Shown here one piece after another: positions 28,794 to 37,592 of a DNA stretch of 64,000 nucleotides (position 1 is the stretch's first letter; each line of letters starts with the position of its first letter). Source of the DNA: an uncultured Acidobacteriota bacterium (GTDB taxonomy: Bacteria; Acidobacteriota; Vicinamibacteria; Vicinamibacterales; JAKQTR01); contig CAWEJS010000002.1 of NCBI GenBank assembly GCA_963809475.1, positions 471,722 through 535,721 on the forward strand, written 5' to 3'. The translations under genes and the position numbers were made by a program. The notes under the pieces were generated by a model, which saw only the letters and a list, made by a program, of their open reading frames with translations, did no database searches and had not been told where the DNA came from.

Positions 28794-29039
28794 CAGGGTC
28801 TCCCAGATTGGCAGCCCCGATGCTCGGCCGATTCTCGGGCTGGCTGTGAGGCGGGCCGACCACGGGCAACGGCCTCCACCAGAGCGCACGTTTCAGTTGG
28901 GCTGAACACCTCTCCGTGAGCTTCCCCGTCAAGTAGACAGTGCACAAGTAGACTCCCCGGCGGATTGACGTTGGTCCCTTGACGAGACAGCTCCAAGCTA
29001 GAGGCGGCGACCTCTTCCGGGTCCGGATGCACCTGACGG

Positions 29040-29218
29040 CGATGGTAGAACTCATCTGGGGTCAGGTGGCCCAGTGAGCTGTGCGGGCGGTGCCGATTGT
29101 AATCGATCCGCCACGCTTCGATCTTCGCCTTCGCATCCTCGATCGACGTGAACTGGTGCACGTTCAGACACTCGTCCCGGAGTCGCCCGTTGAATGCCTC
29201 AATGAAGGCGTCTTCCAC
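29040..29218 (-). mobile_element. IS3-family transposase remnant (C-terminal end of the rve/integrase core only)
   Basis: ...DAFIEAFNGRLRDECLNVHQFTSIEDAKAKIEAWRIDYNRHRPHSSLGHLTPDEF is the highly conserved IS3 OrfB C-terminus. There is no N-terminal part, no start and no recognisable inverted repeats. The frame then runs on through non-transposase sequence to 28793. Confidence 0.8.
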
Positions 29219-29406
29219 GGGTTTCCCTCAGGGCGACGATCTGTGCCCACCAGAACTGGCGAGAAATCGACGAGAGTATTTCAGTTGGTACGTCGCGACC
29301 GGTCGGGGCAGTGTGCCTTCGGCGACCCCGGGCCTGAAGACCCGGGGCTACAACCGCTTCGGAATTGCGGCGAATCCTCAGATTGCGGCGTGATTCCGGA
29401 AAAGCG

Positions 29407-29483
29407 TGGCGCGCCCGCCGCGACTCGAACGCGGGACCCCCGGCTTAGAAGGCCGGTGCTCTATCCGGCTGAGCTACGGGCGC
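29407..29483 (-). tRNA. tRNA-Arg (anticodon TCT), CCA encoded
   Basis: The manual cloverleaf is GCGCCCG-TA-GCTC-AGCCGGATA-GAGC-A-CCGGC-CTTCTAA-GCCGG-GGGTC-CCGCG-TTCGAGT-CGCGG-CGGGCGC-G-CCA. Confidence 0.9.
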
Positions 29484-29539
29484 CGATGGCGGACAATGGG
29501 GCCATTGTACGACGGATCGCCGGCTTCCCCGCCCGGGCG

Positions 29540-29926
29540 TCACATCTTGAAGGGCACCGAAGCCTTGAAGACCTTCCCGTCGATGTCCTTGGCCGTGACC
29601 GTGATGCGAGTCGCCTTGGTGTTCCGCGCGCTGAAGGGCACGTGGTCGCGATCGGTGAAGCTGGTGTGGGCCAGGCTCTGCTTCTCGCGGTTCTCCACCC
29701 TCGCGAGGCGCGCCGTGAAGTGGCTGGACGGGCCGGCCGGCTCGATCTCCACGACGACGTCCATCAACGCGCGCCCGGAGGTGTTCATCACCGAAACCTC
29801 GAATTGCGTTTGCGTGATCTGAATCTTGTCGAGATCCCCCGTGCCCGCGGCTCCGCCGCAGCTGAGGGCCAGCCCGGCGATCGCAGCGGCAACGAGGAGT
29901 CGTGTGCGGAGAAACCGGTGCGGCAT
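29540..29926 (-). CDS. small lipoprotein, function unknown
   Basis: ATG 29926 gives MPHRFLRTRLLVAAAIAGLALSCGG (lipobox LALSC), followed by a beta-rich domain of about 100 aa. Confidence 0.6.
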   Translation of the reverse strand: MPHRFLRTRLLVAAAIAGLALSCGGAAGTGDLDKIQITQTQFEVSVMNTSGRALMDVVVEIEPAGPSSHFTARLARVENREKQSLAHTSFTDRDHVPFSARNTKATRITVTAKDIDGKVFKASVPFKM

Positions 29927-30132
29927 GGACGCTGCTCCTTTCGGCGGACCGGGAACGATCCGCAGGCGCACGTAACCCCAGCCGGAACCGCCCCGCGCCG
30001 CCGGCGCACCCGCGGCGCTGACGCAGCCCGGCCCTCGCACGACGAAGCGAGTGAAATGTAGGCCCTGCCGCTCGCGGAGTCAAGCGCCCCGGCCCGCCCG
30101 GGGCCGTATGGTAAACTGATGCGTCGGGCCGT

Positions 30133-30208
30133 GGTGGGTATAGCTCAGCGGTAGAGCGCCGGACTGTGGCTCCGGAAGTCGCGGGTTCGAACCCCGTTAC
30201 CCACCCCA
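30133..30208 (+). tRNA. tRNA-His (anticodon GTG) with encoded G-1 and CCA
   Basis: The cloverleaf is G-GTGGGTA-TA-GCTC-AGCGGTA-GAGC-G-CCGGA-CTGTGGC-TCCGG-AAGTC-GCGGG-TTCGAAC-CCCGT-TACCCAC-C-CCA. Confidence 0.9.
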
Positions 30209-30309
30209 CTTTCCTTGTTCAGTTCCTCCAATAACTTGGCCTCGTGTCTGATGAAGGCAGGAGTGTCGGCGGATGGGACGTCGGAAAAAGCGGTCTGACA
30301 GGTTCCTTC

Positions 30310-31719
30310 TCACCACGCTCCGGCTCCGCGAATCGCGTCGCGAAGCTTGTCGGGCTCGGCACCCACCACGTAGAACAACACCATGCCGTCGCGGCCGATC
30401 AACACGGTGGTCGGCCACGCTCCTACCCGAAAGGCACGCGTCGCTTCACCCTTGGCATCCACCAGGGACGGCAGGGTATAGCCCCCCTTCTCCAGGAACT
30501 CCCGGGCGATAGCGGCAGGCTCGTCATCCACCCCATACACGACGAGACCACTGCCCTGAAGGCCACGATGGAACAACTCAATCACTGGCAAGGCTTGCCG
30601 GCACGGTCCGCACCACGTCGCCCAGAAATCGAGCAGGACAACCTTGCCCCGCAGGTCGCGTAGTCGGACCTCGCGGCCGGCGAGATCGCGAAGCGCGATG
30701 TCCGGAGCCATCTTGCCAACCATCGTTTCAGGCGCACGCCGGGCAGCCTGTTCCCGGTTCACCGCGTTCGTTGCGTCTGGCGAGAACGTGAATCTGTCAG
30801 GGACCGACTCTTCCCCCACACCCGCGACAGAAAACAGCGATTCGCGTCTGGTCTCCGAATCGGTGGTGACCGCCTTCTTGACGAGGTAGGTCGCGTCGTT
30901 CACCCACACGTCCTCCGTCGTCCCCCGTCCCAGGTCGATTCGCACGATCGTGCAGTCCTCACCATCCAGTCGCTCCTGGCCGACGATCTTCGGCGTGCTG
31001 CGGCCCTTGTCGAGAAGCCCGTAGTCGAAAGGTCGAGATGCCGGGTCCTGGCCGGTCTTTCTGTACTCGTTGGCTTGCGGATACACCTCCCACCGGGTCT
31101 TGCCGTCGGCGATCTCGATCTCGTCCTCTCTACCGCCCGTGGACTCTCTTCGCCACCTGTTTGGCGGCGAGAAGTGGACGATGGACCGCACCACGGAACG
31201 AGTTTCGCCCTTTCCAGCCTTCCGCTGAACGGTCTGCGTCAACTCAAGTCGTGAAGACGGCAGGTTGCGGTAGTTGTCAGCCACGCGGCGTAGAATCTCT
31301 CGGGCCTTTGCGGCTTCCGGCCCCTCCATCCTGGCGTTTTCGCGAACGAAGAACTCAGTCGCTCCTGAATCGGTGCGGCCTGACCCGTCCCGGTACTTTG
31401 TCCTGGTGACCAACAGCAGGCGGCCGTCCATTTGTGGAATAAGCTGCAGTTGCACCGTCGCGTACCCCTGGTCCCAGTCCACGGCGGCAATGCCGTTCCA
31501 CTGTTCAGTCGCCCTCTCACCCCAGTCGCAGTCCGACGGAGAGCAACTCCCCCAGATGTGCACGAGCATGCGGCCACTGTCATGTCGGACAACCACCTGC
31601 GTGATTCGTGACGTGTTGTTGTTCTCGTTGACCCAGCTTCCGGTGAGCAGGTCAGGTGGAGGAGTCTGACTGTTCAGAACCGCCGCCAGGGCGCCGACAG
31701 CAAGCAGGCCCGATCGCAT
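30310..31719 (-). CDS. secreted multidomain protein with C-terminal TlpA/ResA-like thioredoxin domain
   Basis: ATG 31719 precedes a signal-like MRSGLLAVGALAAVL. The C-terminal LLDFWATWCGPCRQALP carries the thioredoxin-fold CxxC. The middle part resembles LolA-like lipoprotein-sorting folds, though weakly. Confidence 0.75.
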   Translation of the reverse strand: MRSGLLAVGALAAVLNSQTPPPDLLTGSWVNENNNTSRITQVVVRHDSGRMLVHIWGSCSPSDCDWGERATEQWNGIAAVDWDQGYATVQLQLIPQMDGRLLLVTRTKYRDGSGRTDSGATEFFVRENARMEGPEAAKAREILRRVADNYRNLPSSRLELTQTVQRKAGKGETRSVVRSIVHFSPPNRWRRESTGGREDEIEIADGKTRWEVYPQANEYRKTGQDPASRPFDYGLLDKGRSTPKIVGQERLDGEDCTIVRIDLGRGTTEDVWVNDATYLVKKAVTTDSETRRESLFSVAGVGEESVPDRFTFSPDATNAVNREQAARRAPETMVGKMAPDIALRDLAGREVRLRDLRGKVVLLDFWATWCGPCRQALPVIELFHRGLQGSGLVVYGVDDEPAAIAREFLEKGGYTLPSLVDAKGEATRAFRVGAWPTTVLIGRDGMVLFYVVGAEPDKLRDAIRGAGAW

Positions 31720-31908
31720 CGTCACCCCCTGCACACGGTTGCTTCCAGCGAACCGCAGGTTGTTCCTGGCCAGCCCGCATGGATGTGGAGAATTCAATCC
31801 TCGTGGCCGAACGGGATTATCCTGCAAAACCGTCTCAGCCGCGACCATGACGAGTAACGGCCAGGGACCGTGAGCCCCCGACACCCCTGCGACTCACGCA
31901 GGGGTCTT

Positions 31909-32653
31909 CTATCTCAGCGTAAAGGTCATCTCGAGCGCGACCAGGACCGGCACCGGTTTCCCGTCCTTGGTCCCTGGCTCGAAGCGCCACTGCCTGACGG
32001 CCTTGATCGCTTCCTGATCGAGCCCGGCATCGAGCGACCTGATCACCTTGACGTCGCCGATGGTTCCGTCGATGTTCACCACGCACTCGAGGGTGACGAC
32101 GCCCTGGATCCTGGCTTCCTTCGCGTCGGGCGTGTACTGGGGTCTGACCTCCTTGACCACGACGGGCGCCGACACGCCGGCGCCGGGCTTGAAGGCACGG
32201 GTTGCCTCCGGCTGGCCCGTGCCGGGCGCGTCGCCGGGCGCGAGTGGCGGGACAGGAAACAGCGGCGGCGCGGGCGCGTCGCGAAGCGTGAAGGTCATCT
32301 CGAGCGTGACCCGGACCGGAACCGGCTTCCCGTCCTTGCGGCCTGGCTTGAAACGCCACTGCCTGACAGCCTTGATCGCTTCCTGATCGAGGCCCGGACT
32401 GAGGGCTTTCGTCACGCGGACCCCGCCAATCGTGCCATCCGGTTGCACGACGCACTCGAGGCTGACGACGCCCTGGACCCTGGCTCTCATTGCGCCGGCG
32501 GTGTACCTGTGGCTTGACCTCCTTGACGGCGACGGGCGCCGACACGCCGCTGCCGGGCTTGTAGACGGGGCCCTCCGCGCCCTGCGGCGGATTTGCGGCA
32601 ACCGAGCCTGCAACGAGGCACAAGACGATGGCGATCGCTGAAATGGCTCTCAT
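31909..32653 (-). pseudogene. secreted protein with two tandem TonB C-terminal-type domains, interrupted by an apparent +1 frameshift near 32516
   Basis: The signal peptide plus ...GSGVSAPVAVKEVKPQ is in one frame (ORF 31835..32653). The continuation YTAGAMRARVQGVVSLECVV... is in another frame (ORF 31909..32613). The second repeat reads GAGVSAPVVVKEVRPQYTPDAKEARIQGVVTLECVV uninterrupted. One extra G in CCACAG(G)TACACC explains the shift. Confidence 0.7.
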
Positions 32654-32816
32654 CGCTGCTTCTCCAAGGGGCGTCGCTCAATAGGACGCCGGGGCGGGCA
32701 GCCTGGCCTTCCCGTTGTGGCGTTTCGGGAGCAAGAGGGCCACCGGCGTAGCGCCTGACGAGTGTCCCGGGCCCATGCTACGATGGCCCGGATTCTTACC
32801 GGGAGGAACAGCTATC

Positions 32817-33872
32817 GTGGCCACATCGCGGAAATGGCGCATCGGCGTGATCGGGGCCGGCGCGTGGGGACCGAACCACGTCAGGAACTTCGCGGCGCTG
32901 CCGAACGTCGAGGTCGTCGCCGTCGCGGACCTGCGCGACGACCGCCTCGCACGCATCAAGGCGCTGGCGCCTGACGTCGCCCTGTTCCAGGACGCCGGCG
33001 AGATGATGGCTGCGGCGCAGCCGGATGCCATCGTGGTCGCGACGCCGACCAGGACGCACTACGACGTGGTGCGGCAGGCGCTCCTCGCCGGGAAGCACGT
33101 CCTGTGCGAAAAGCCGCTCACCGTCGCCAGCGACGACGCCGAGGACCTCGTGCGGCTGGCCGCCGAGCGCGACCTGCGCCTGATGGTCGGCCACGTCTTC
33201 ATGTTCAACGCCGGCATCCTCCGGCTCAAGGAACTCATCACGGCCGGTGAGCTGGGCAGCCGGCTCTACTACCTGTTCGCCAGGCGCACGAACCTCGGGC
33301 CGATCCGCAGCGACGTGAACGCGGTCCTCGATCTCGCCTCGCACGACGTGTCGATCTACAACTACCTGCTCGACGCCACGCCGGTCGAGGTGTCGGCCGT
33401 CGGCAAGTCGTTCCTGCAGCCGGGCATCCAGGACGTGAGCGTGATCACGCTCCAGTACCCGGGCGACGTCATCGGATCGATCCACGTGAGCTGGCTCGAC
33501 CCCAAGAAGGTCCGCGAGATCACGGTCGTCGGGGACCGGCGCATGGCGATCTGGGACGACCTCGCCACGCTCGGCCCGCTCATGGTGTTCGACAAGGGCG
33601 TGACGAAGAAGCCGCGCGAGTACGCGGACTTCGGCGAGTTCCAGCTGCTGGCCCGCGAGGGCGACGTGACGGTGCCTCGCGTGCCGCCGCAGGAGCCGCT
33701 CCGCGCGCAGGCGAAGGCGTTCATCGAGGCCCTGGACGCGCCGGAGACCATCCGCAGCGACGGGCGCGTGGGCGCCAACGTCGTGCGGGTCCTCGCCGCC
33801 ATCAACCAGTCCATTCTGAACAACGGGACGCCGGTCAGGGTGCCGGAACCGAGAGGCGGACGCCGTGGCTGA
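32817..33872 (+). CDS. Gfo/Idh/MocA-family NAD-dependent sugar-nucleotide oxidoreductase (WbpB/GnnA-like)
   Basis: GTG 32817 lies 7 nt after GGGAGG. The Rossmann motif is WRIGVIGAGAWGPNH. Confidence 0.8.
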   Translation: MATSRKWRIGVIGAGAWGPNHVRNFAALPNVEVVAVADLRDDRLARIKALAPDVALFQDAGEMMAAAQPDAIVVATPTRTHYDVVRQALLAGKHVLCEKPLTVASDDAEDLVRLAAERDLRLMVGHVFMFNAGILRLKELITAGELGSRLYYLFARRTNLGPIRSDVNAVLDLASHDVSIYNYLLDATPVEVSAVGKSFLQPGIQDVSVITLQYPGDVIGSIHVSWLDPKKVREITVVGDRRMAIWDDLATLGPLMVFDKGVTKKPREYADFGEFQLLAREGDVTVPRVPPQEPLRAQAKAFIEALDAPETIRSDGRVGANVVRVLAAINQSILNNGTPVRVPEPRGGRRG

Positions 33873-34506
33873 GAAGTTCTTCAAGCATCCGACGGCGCTC
33901 GTCGAGACCGACCGGATCGGCGAGCGGACGAACGTGTGGGCCTACGCCCACGTGATGAAGGGCGCGGTCGTGGGCAGCCACTGCAACATCGGCGACCACG
34001 CGTTCATCGAGAGCGGCGCGATCGTCGGCGACGAGGTGACGATCAAGAACGGCGTGGCGGTGTGGCAGTACGTCACGGTCGAGAACCGCGCGTTCCTGGG
34101 CCCGAACTGCTCCCTCACCAACGACAACCGGCCGCGCAGCAAGCGCGACTGGACGCCGGTGGCGACGACCATCCGCGAGGGCGCGACCATCGGCGCCAAC
34201 GCCACCATCGTGTGCGGCTGCCACATCGGCCGCTACGCCTTCGTCGGCGCGGGGGCGGTCGTGACGCGGCCGGTCCCCGACTACGCGATGGTCGTCGGCA
34301 ACCCGGGCCGCGTGCGAGGCTACGTCTGCGAGTGCTGCCAGCCCCTCGCCGGCCCCGGCGCCGTGCTGACCTGCACGGCGTGCGGCCTGCGGTACGTCAG
34401 GACGGCCGACGGCGTGGCGCCGTTCAAGGTCGGCCCGGAGCCGGCCCGGCGCGCGCGGGCGGCGAAGCCGAAGGTGAAGGCGGCCGGGAGTTCGACGAAG
34501 CCGTGA
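33865..34506 (+). CDS. left-handed beta-helix (hexapeptide) N-acetyltransferase (WbpD-like) with C-terminal CxxC...CxxC zinc-ribbon-like tail
   Basis: Hexapeptide repeats are present (IGDHAFIESGAIVGDEVTIKNGVAV...). The tail YVCECCQPLAGPGAVLTCTACGLRY is followed by a Lys/Ala-rich end. GTG 33865 lies 8 nt after GAGAGG. Confidence 0.8.
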   Translation: MAEKFFKHPTALVETDRIGERTNVWAYAHVMKGAVVGSHCNIGDHAFIESGAIVGDEVTIKNGVAVWQYVTVENRAFLGPNCSLTNDNRPRSKRDWTPVATTIREGATIGANATIVCGCHIGRYAFVGAGAVVTRPVPDYAMVVGNPGRVRGYVCECCQPLAGPGAVLTCTACGLRYVRTADGVAPFKVGPEPARRARAAKPKVKAAGSSTKP

Positions 34507-35234
34507 CGGCCGCCGTCCCCGCCCTCCGCGTGATGGCGGCCTCGATCGCCTTCAACGAGGCGGCGAAGATCGGGCGCGTCGTCGACCGCTTCACGCCCGG
34601 CCTCGTCGATCGCCTCGTGGTCGTGGACGACGCGTCGACGGACGCGACGCCGGCGATCGCCGCCCAAGAGGGCGCCGTGGTCCTGGCCCACGCGGTCCGG
34701 TCCGGGGCGGGAGCGGCCATTCGCACCGCGATCACGTACGCCAGGGCCGAAGGGTTCGACGTGCTGGTCGTGCTCGCCGGGAACGACAAGGACCGGCCGG
34801 CCGAGATCGAGCGTCTGCTCGCGCCGATCGTCCGCGACGGGTTCGATTTCGTGCAGGGATCGCGGTACCTGCGGGGCGGCGACTTCGGCAACATGCCGTT
34901 CTACCGCCAGCTGGCGACGCGCTACGTGCACCCGCTGCTCTTCTCGCTGCTCGTGGGCCGCCGCTTCACCGACACGACGAACGGGTTCCGCGCCATCCGC
35001 TTGTCGGCGCTGCGCGACCCGCGCATCGACCTCGACCAGCCCTGGCTGGACCACTACGAACTGGAGCCGTACCTCTTCTTCAAGATGGTCCGCCTCGGCT
35101 ACAAGGTGATGGAAGTGCCCGTCACGAAGATCTACCCGCCGCACGAGATCGGCTACACGAAGATGAAGCCCATCACGGGGTGGTGGAGCATCCTGCGGCC
35201 GCTGTTCCTGCTCGGACTTGGCATCAAGAGGTGA
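34503..35234 (+). CDS. family 2 glycosyltransferase
   Basis: The GTG 34503 start overlaps the upstream stop (GTGA). ...ASIAFNEAAKIG...VVVDDASTDAT... is a GT2 (DxD-type) pattern. A C-terminal hydrophobic helix is present. Confidence 0.75.
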   Translation: MTAAVPALRVMAASIAFNEAAKIGRVVDRFTPGLVDRLVVVDDASTDATPAIAAQEGAVVLAHAVRSGAGAAIRTAITYARAEGFDVLVVLAGNDKDRPAEIERLLAPIVRDGFDFVQGSRYLRGGDFGNMPFYRQLATRYVHPLLFSLLVGRRFTDTTNGFRAIRLSALRDPRIDLDQPWLDHYELEPYLFFKMVRLGYKVMEVPVTKIYPPHEIGYTKMKPITGWWSILRPLFLLGLGIKR

Positions 35235-35237
35235 TTC

Positions 35238-36350
35238 GTGGACATCGTACCGTTCGTTGATCTCGCCGCTCATCATGCGCCCGTGCGCGCGGAGATTCAG
35301 GCCGCCGTCGAGAAGGTGCTGCAGCACGGCAAGTACATCCTCGGCCCGGAAGTCGAGTCCTTCGAGCAGGGCTTTGCGAAGATGGTCGGCGCGAAGCACG
35401 CTGTCGGGGTCGGCACGGGCCTCGACGCGCTCCGGCTGTCCTTCGAAGCGGCCGGCGTCAAGGCGGGCGACGAAGTCATTGTCCCCGGCAACACGTTCAT
35501 CGCGACGGCACTGGCGGTGTCGGCCCTCGGCGCGGTGCCCGTGCTCGTGGACTGCGACCCGGTGACGTACAACATCGACGTCAATCTGATCCGGCCAATC
35601 ATCACGACGAAGACGAAGGCGATCTGCCCGGTCCATCTGTACGGCCAGGCCGCCGACCTCGACGCCGTGATGGCCATCGCGGCCGAGTACGGCCTGAAGG
35701 TGATCGAGGACGCCTGCCAGGCCCACGGCGCACAGTACAAGCGCCGGGGCTGCGGGTCGATCGGCGACCTCGGGTGCTTCAGCTTCTACCCCGGCAAGAA
35801 CCTCGGGGGCATGGGCGACGGCGGCATGGTCACGACCAACGACGACGGGCTCGCGATGGCGGTGCGGCGGCGGCGCAGCTACGGGGAGGCGAAGAAGTAC
35901 CATCACGTCGAGAAGGGCCTCAACGCGCGCCTGGACACGATGCAGGCGGCAATCCTGAACGTGAAGCTGCCCCGCCTCGGCTGGTCGAACGACAACCGCC
36001 GGCGCGCCGCACGCGTCTACGAGCAGGGGCTGGCGGGAATCGCTCCGGTCGTCGTCCCACAGGGGCCGGCGGACGCACTGGCGCACATCTACCATCTGTT
36101 CGTCATCCGCACGCCGCGCCGCGACGAACTCCAGGCGTTCCTGAACACGAAGGGGATCCAGACCGGCATCCACTACCCGATCCCGATCCACAAGCAGCCG
36201 GCGTACGCGGAGCTGGCGTCGTCGGGTGGCCGCCTGCCGGTCACAACGACGATCGCGGACGAGATCCTGTCGCTGCCGATGTTCCCGGAGTTGACGGACG
36301 AGCAGATCGGCCGCGTCTGCGCGGCCATCGCGGAGTTCCACCGGGCCTGA
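35238..36350 (+). CDS. DegT/DnrJ/EryC1/StrS-family PLP-dependent sugar aminotransferase (WbpE/GnnB-like)
   Basis: The family pattern is present (ILGPEVESFEQGFA, CFSFYPGKNLG, with the PLP lysine in the YPGKNLG context). Confidence 0.88.
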   Translation: MDIVPFVDLAAHHAPVRAEIQAAVEKVLQHGKYILGPEVESFEQGFAKMVGAKHAVGVGTGLDALRLSFEAAGVKAGDEVIVPGNTFIATALAVSALGAVPVLVDCDPVTYNIDVNLIRPIITTKTKAICPVHLYGQAADLDAVMAIAAEYGLKVIEDACQAHGAQYKRRGCGSIGDLGCFSFYPGKNLGGMGDGGMVTTNDDGLAMAVRRRRSYGEAKKYHHVEKGLNARLDTMQAAILNVKLPRLGWSNDNRRRAARVYEQGLAGIAPVVVPQGPADALAHIYHLFVIRTPRRDELQAFLNTKGIQTGIHYPIPIHKQPAYAELASSGGRLPVTTTIADEILSLPMFPELTDEQIGRVCAAIAEFHRA

Positions 36351-36359
36351 TCGGAACTC

Positions 36360-36387
36360 GGGGCTCGGGACTCGGGGCTCGGGATTC
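36360..36387 (+). repeat. heptamer array GGGGCTC-GGGACTC-GGGGCTC-GGGATTC
   Basis: Four tandem 7-nt units (GGGRYTC) lie directly after the stop of the aminotransferase gene. Together they form four G3+ tracts separated by 3-4 nt. Confidence 0.8.
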
Positions 36388-36389
36388 GG

Positions 36390-36412
36390 AAATAGGGGCC
36401 TGGCCCCTATTT
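36390..36412. terminator. hairpin AAATAGGGG-CCTGG-CCCCTATTT between convergent genes
   Basis: A perfect 9-bp stem with a 5-nt loop overlaps the stop codon (36407-36409) of the minus-strand membrane-protein gene. It contains the recurring GGGGCCTGGCCCC core. Confidence 0.6.
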
Positions 36413-37591
36413 CGACAGGAGGGCGGAGAGCCACGGCACGCCGATCGTCGGAATGCCGTGCCAGACGGAGAGGTTGCCGAGGATCACCAGCGGCCAGAAC
36501 CAGCGGCTCTTCACGACCTGCGCGTTGAACGCGAACGCCAACGGCAGCAGCACGCGGGGCGCGGCGCCCGGGTATCCGCCCCACACCGGGAAGCTGAGCA
36601 GCGGCAGGAGGGCGCAGTAGGCCGCGCCGACGCGCCACCACGGGCTCCGCCAATCCCACCGAAGCGCCAGGTAGCCCGCCTGCACGGTGATCGCGATCAT
36701 CAGGGCGACGTTGTAGCGGCCAAAGGTATGCCAGCCGAACCGCCGCACGTCGCTGGCCACCTCGGCCCACTTCCCCACGTAGCCGGAGAACGGGACGGCG
36801 AAGCTGTCCGGGTTCGAGTAACTGAACGCGGGGTAGATCGACTTGACGTATGCCGCCCACAGGAGGAACGGCGCCGCCACCAGGCACGCCTGCCCGGCGA
36901 GCGCCAGGACGTCGCGCCGGGTGCGCGGGATCGCGCGAACCAGCAGCCCGCTCGCGAGGACGTTCGTCTCACGCGCGAGGCCCGCCAGCCCCATCAGCGC
37001 GGCCGCCAGCCAGGACCGGTTCCGCTCGGCGGCCCACACCGCGAGCACGATGATGACCATGCTCGGCCCCTCGAGCAGGGCGAACCGGAACGAACCCGCG
37101 AGACCGACGCCAAAGAGGCACCCGAACCATGGGACGAAGTTGCGGGCCCGCGTTGGCGGAAACCAGCGCAGGAGCAGCCACGCCAGCAGCAGCCACGCGA
37201 TGATGTTCTGCACCGCGTACGCCTTCAGGATCGACGCCGGCCGCCCGAGGCCGAGCAGGTAGGCGGTCCAGGCGAAGAGGATCCGCCGCGCCCGGTACGG
37301 CGGGTTGTCGAGGGCATGGTCGAGGCGCCGATCGCGGAGCAGCGGCACGACCGCCAGTTGCGCGTAGAACTGCCCGTCGTACCCCGAGGACTGGTAGTGA
37401 ATGACGTGGGGCGCGTCATAGACGGCCCGAAGCGCGGTCGAATCGAACTGGTCACCGAAGCAGATGAGCGTCGTGAATCCGGTGGTCCGCTGGTAGTACT
37501 GCGGCAGCGACGCGAGGAACGCGACCACGGCCGCCGCGTACATGAGCGCGACCGGCGCCTTCCACCCCGCCGGCCAGAGTCGCACCATCAC
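36407..37591 (-). CDS. polytopic integral membrane protein, function unknown
   Basis: The 394-aa protein has many hydrophobic segments. I recognise no catalytic motif. It lies immediately downstream (1-nt gap) of the ABC ATPase gene and convergent to the sugar cluster. Confidence 0.6.
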   Translation of the reverse strand: MMVRLWPAGWKAPVALMYAAAVVAFLASLPQYYQRTTGFTTLICFGDQFDSTALRAVYDAPHVIHYQSSGYDGQFYAQLAVVPLLRDRRLDHALDNPPYRARRILFAWTAYLLGLGRPASILKAYAVQNIIAWLLLAWLLLRWFPPTRARNFVPWFGCLFGVGLAGSFRFALLEGPSMVIIVLAVWAAERNRSWLAAALMGLAGLARETNVLASGLLVRAIPRTRRDVLALAGQACLVAAPFLLWAAYVKSIYPAFSYSNPDSFAVPFSGYVGKWAEVASDVRRFGWHTFGRYNVALMIAITVQAGYLALRWDWRSPWWRVGAAYCALLPLLSFPVWGGYPGAAPRVLLPLAFAFNAQVVKSRWFWPLVILGNLSVWHGIPTIGVPWLSALLSK

Positions 37592-37592
37592 C

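Noticed and set aside
29219-30309. An intact integrative element or prophage between or next to tRNA-Arg(TCT) and tRNA-His.
   Set aside because: I could find no integrase, no phage-like genes and no direct repeat of a tRNA 3' end. Only a small lipoprotein gene and the IS3 stump are present.
34320-36887. Very long ORFs antisense to or overlapping confident genes. Examples: 34320..36887 (855 aa), 19289..21655 (788 aa), 61250..63535 (761 aa), 41334..43145 (603 aa), 16656..18428 (590 aa), 24968..26581 (537 aa), 57576..59498 (640 aa) and 35774..37636 (620 aa).
   Set aside because: They are Arg/Pro/Gly/Asp/His-rich with no recognisable motifs. They lie opposite ORFs with clear family signatures. 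Open antisense frames of this kind are typical of high-GC DNA.
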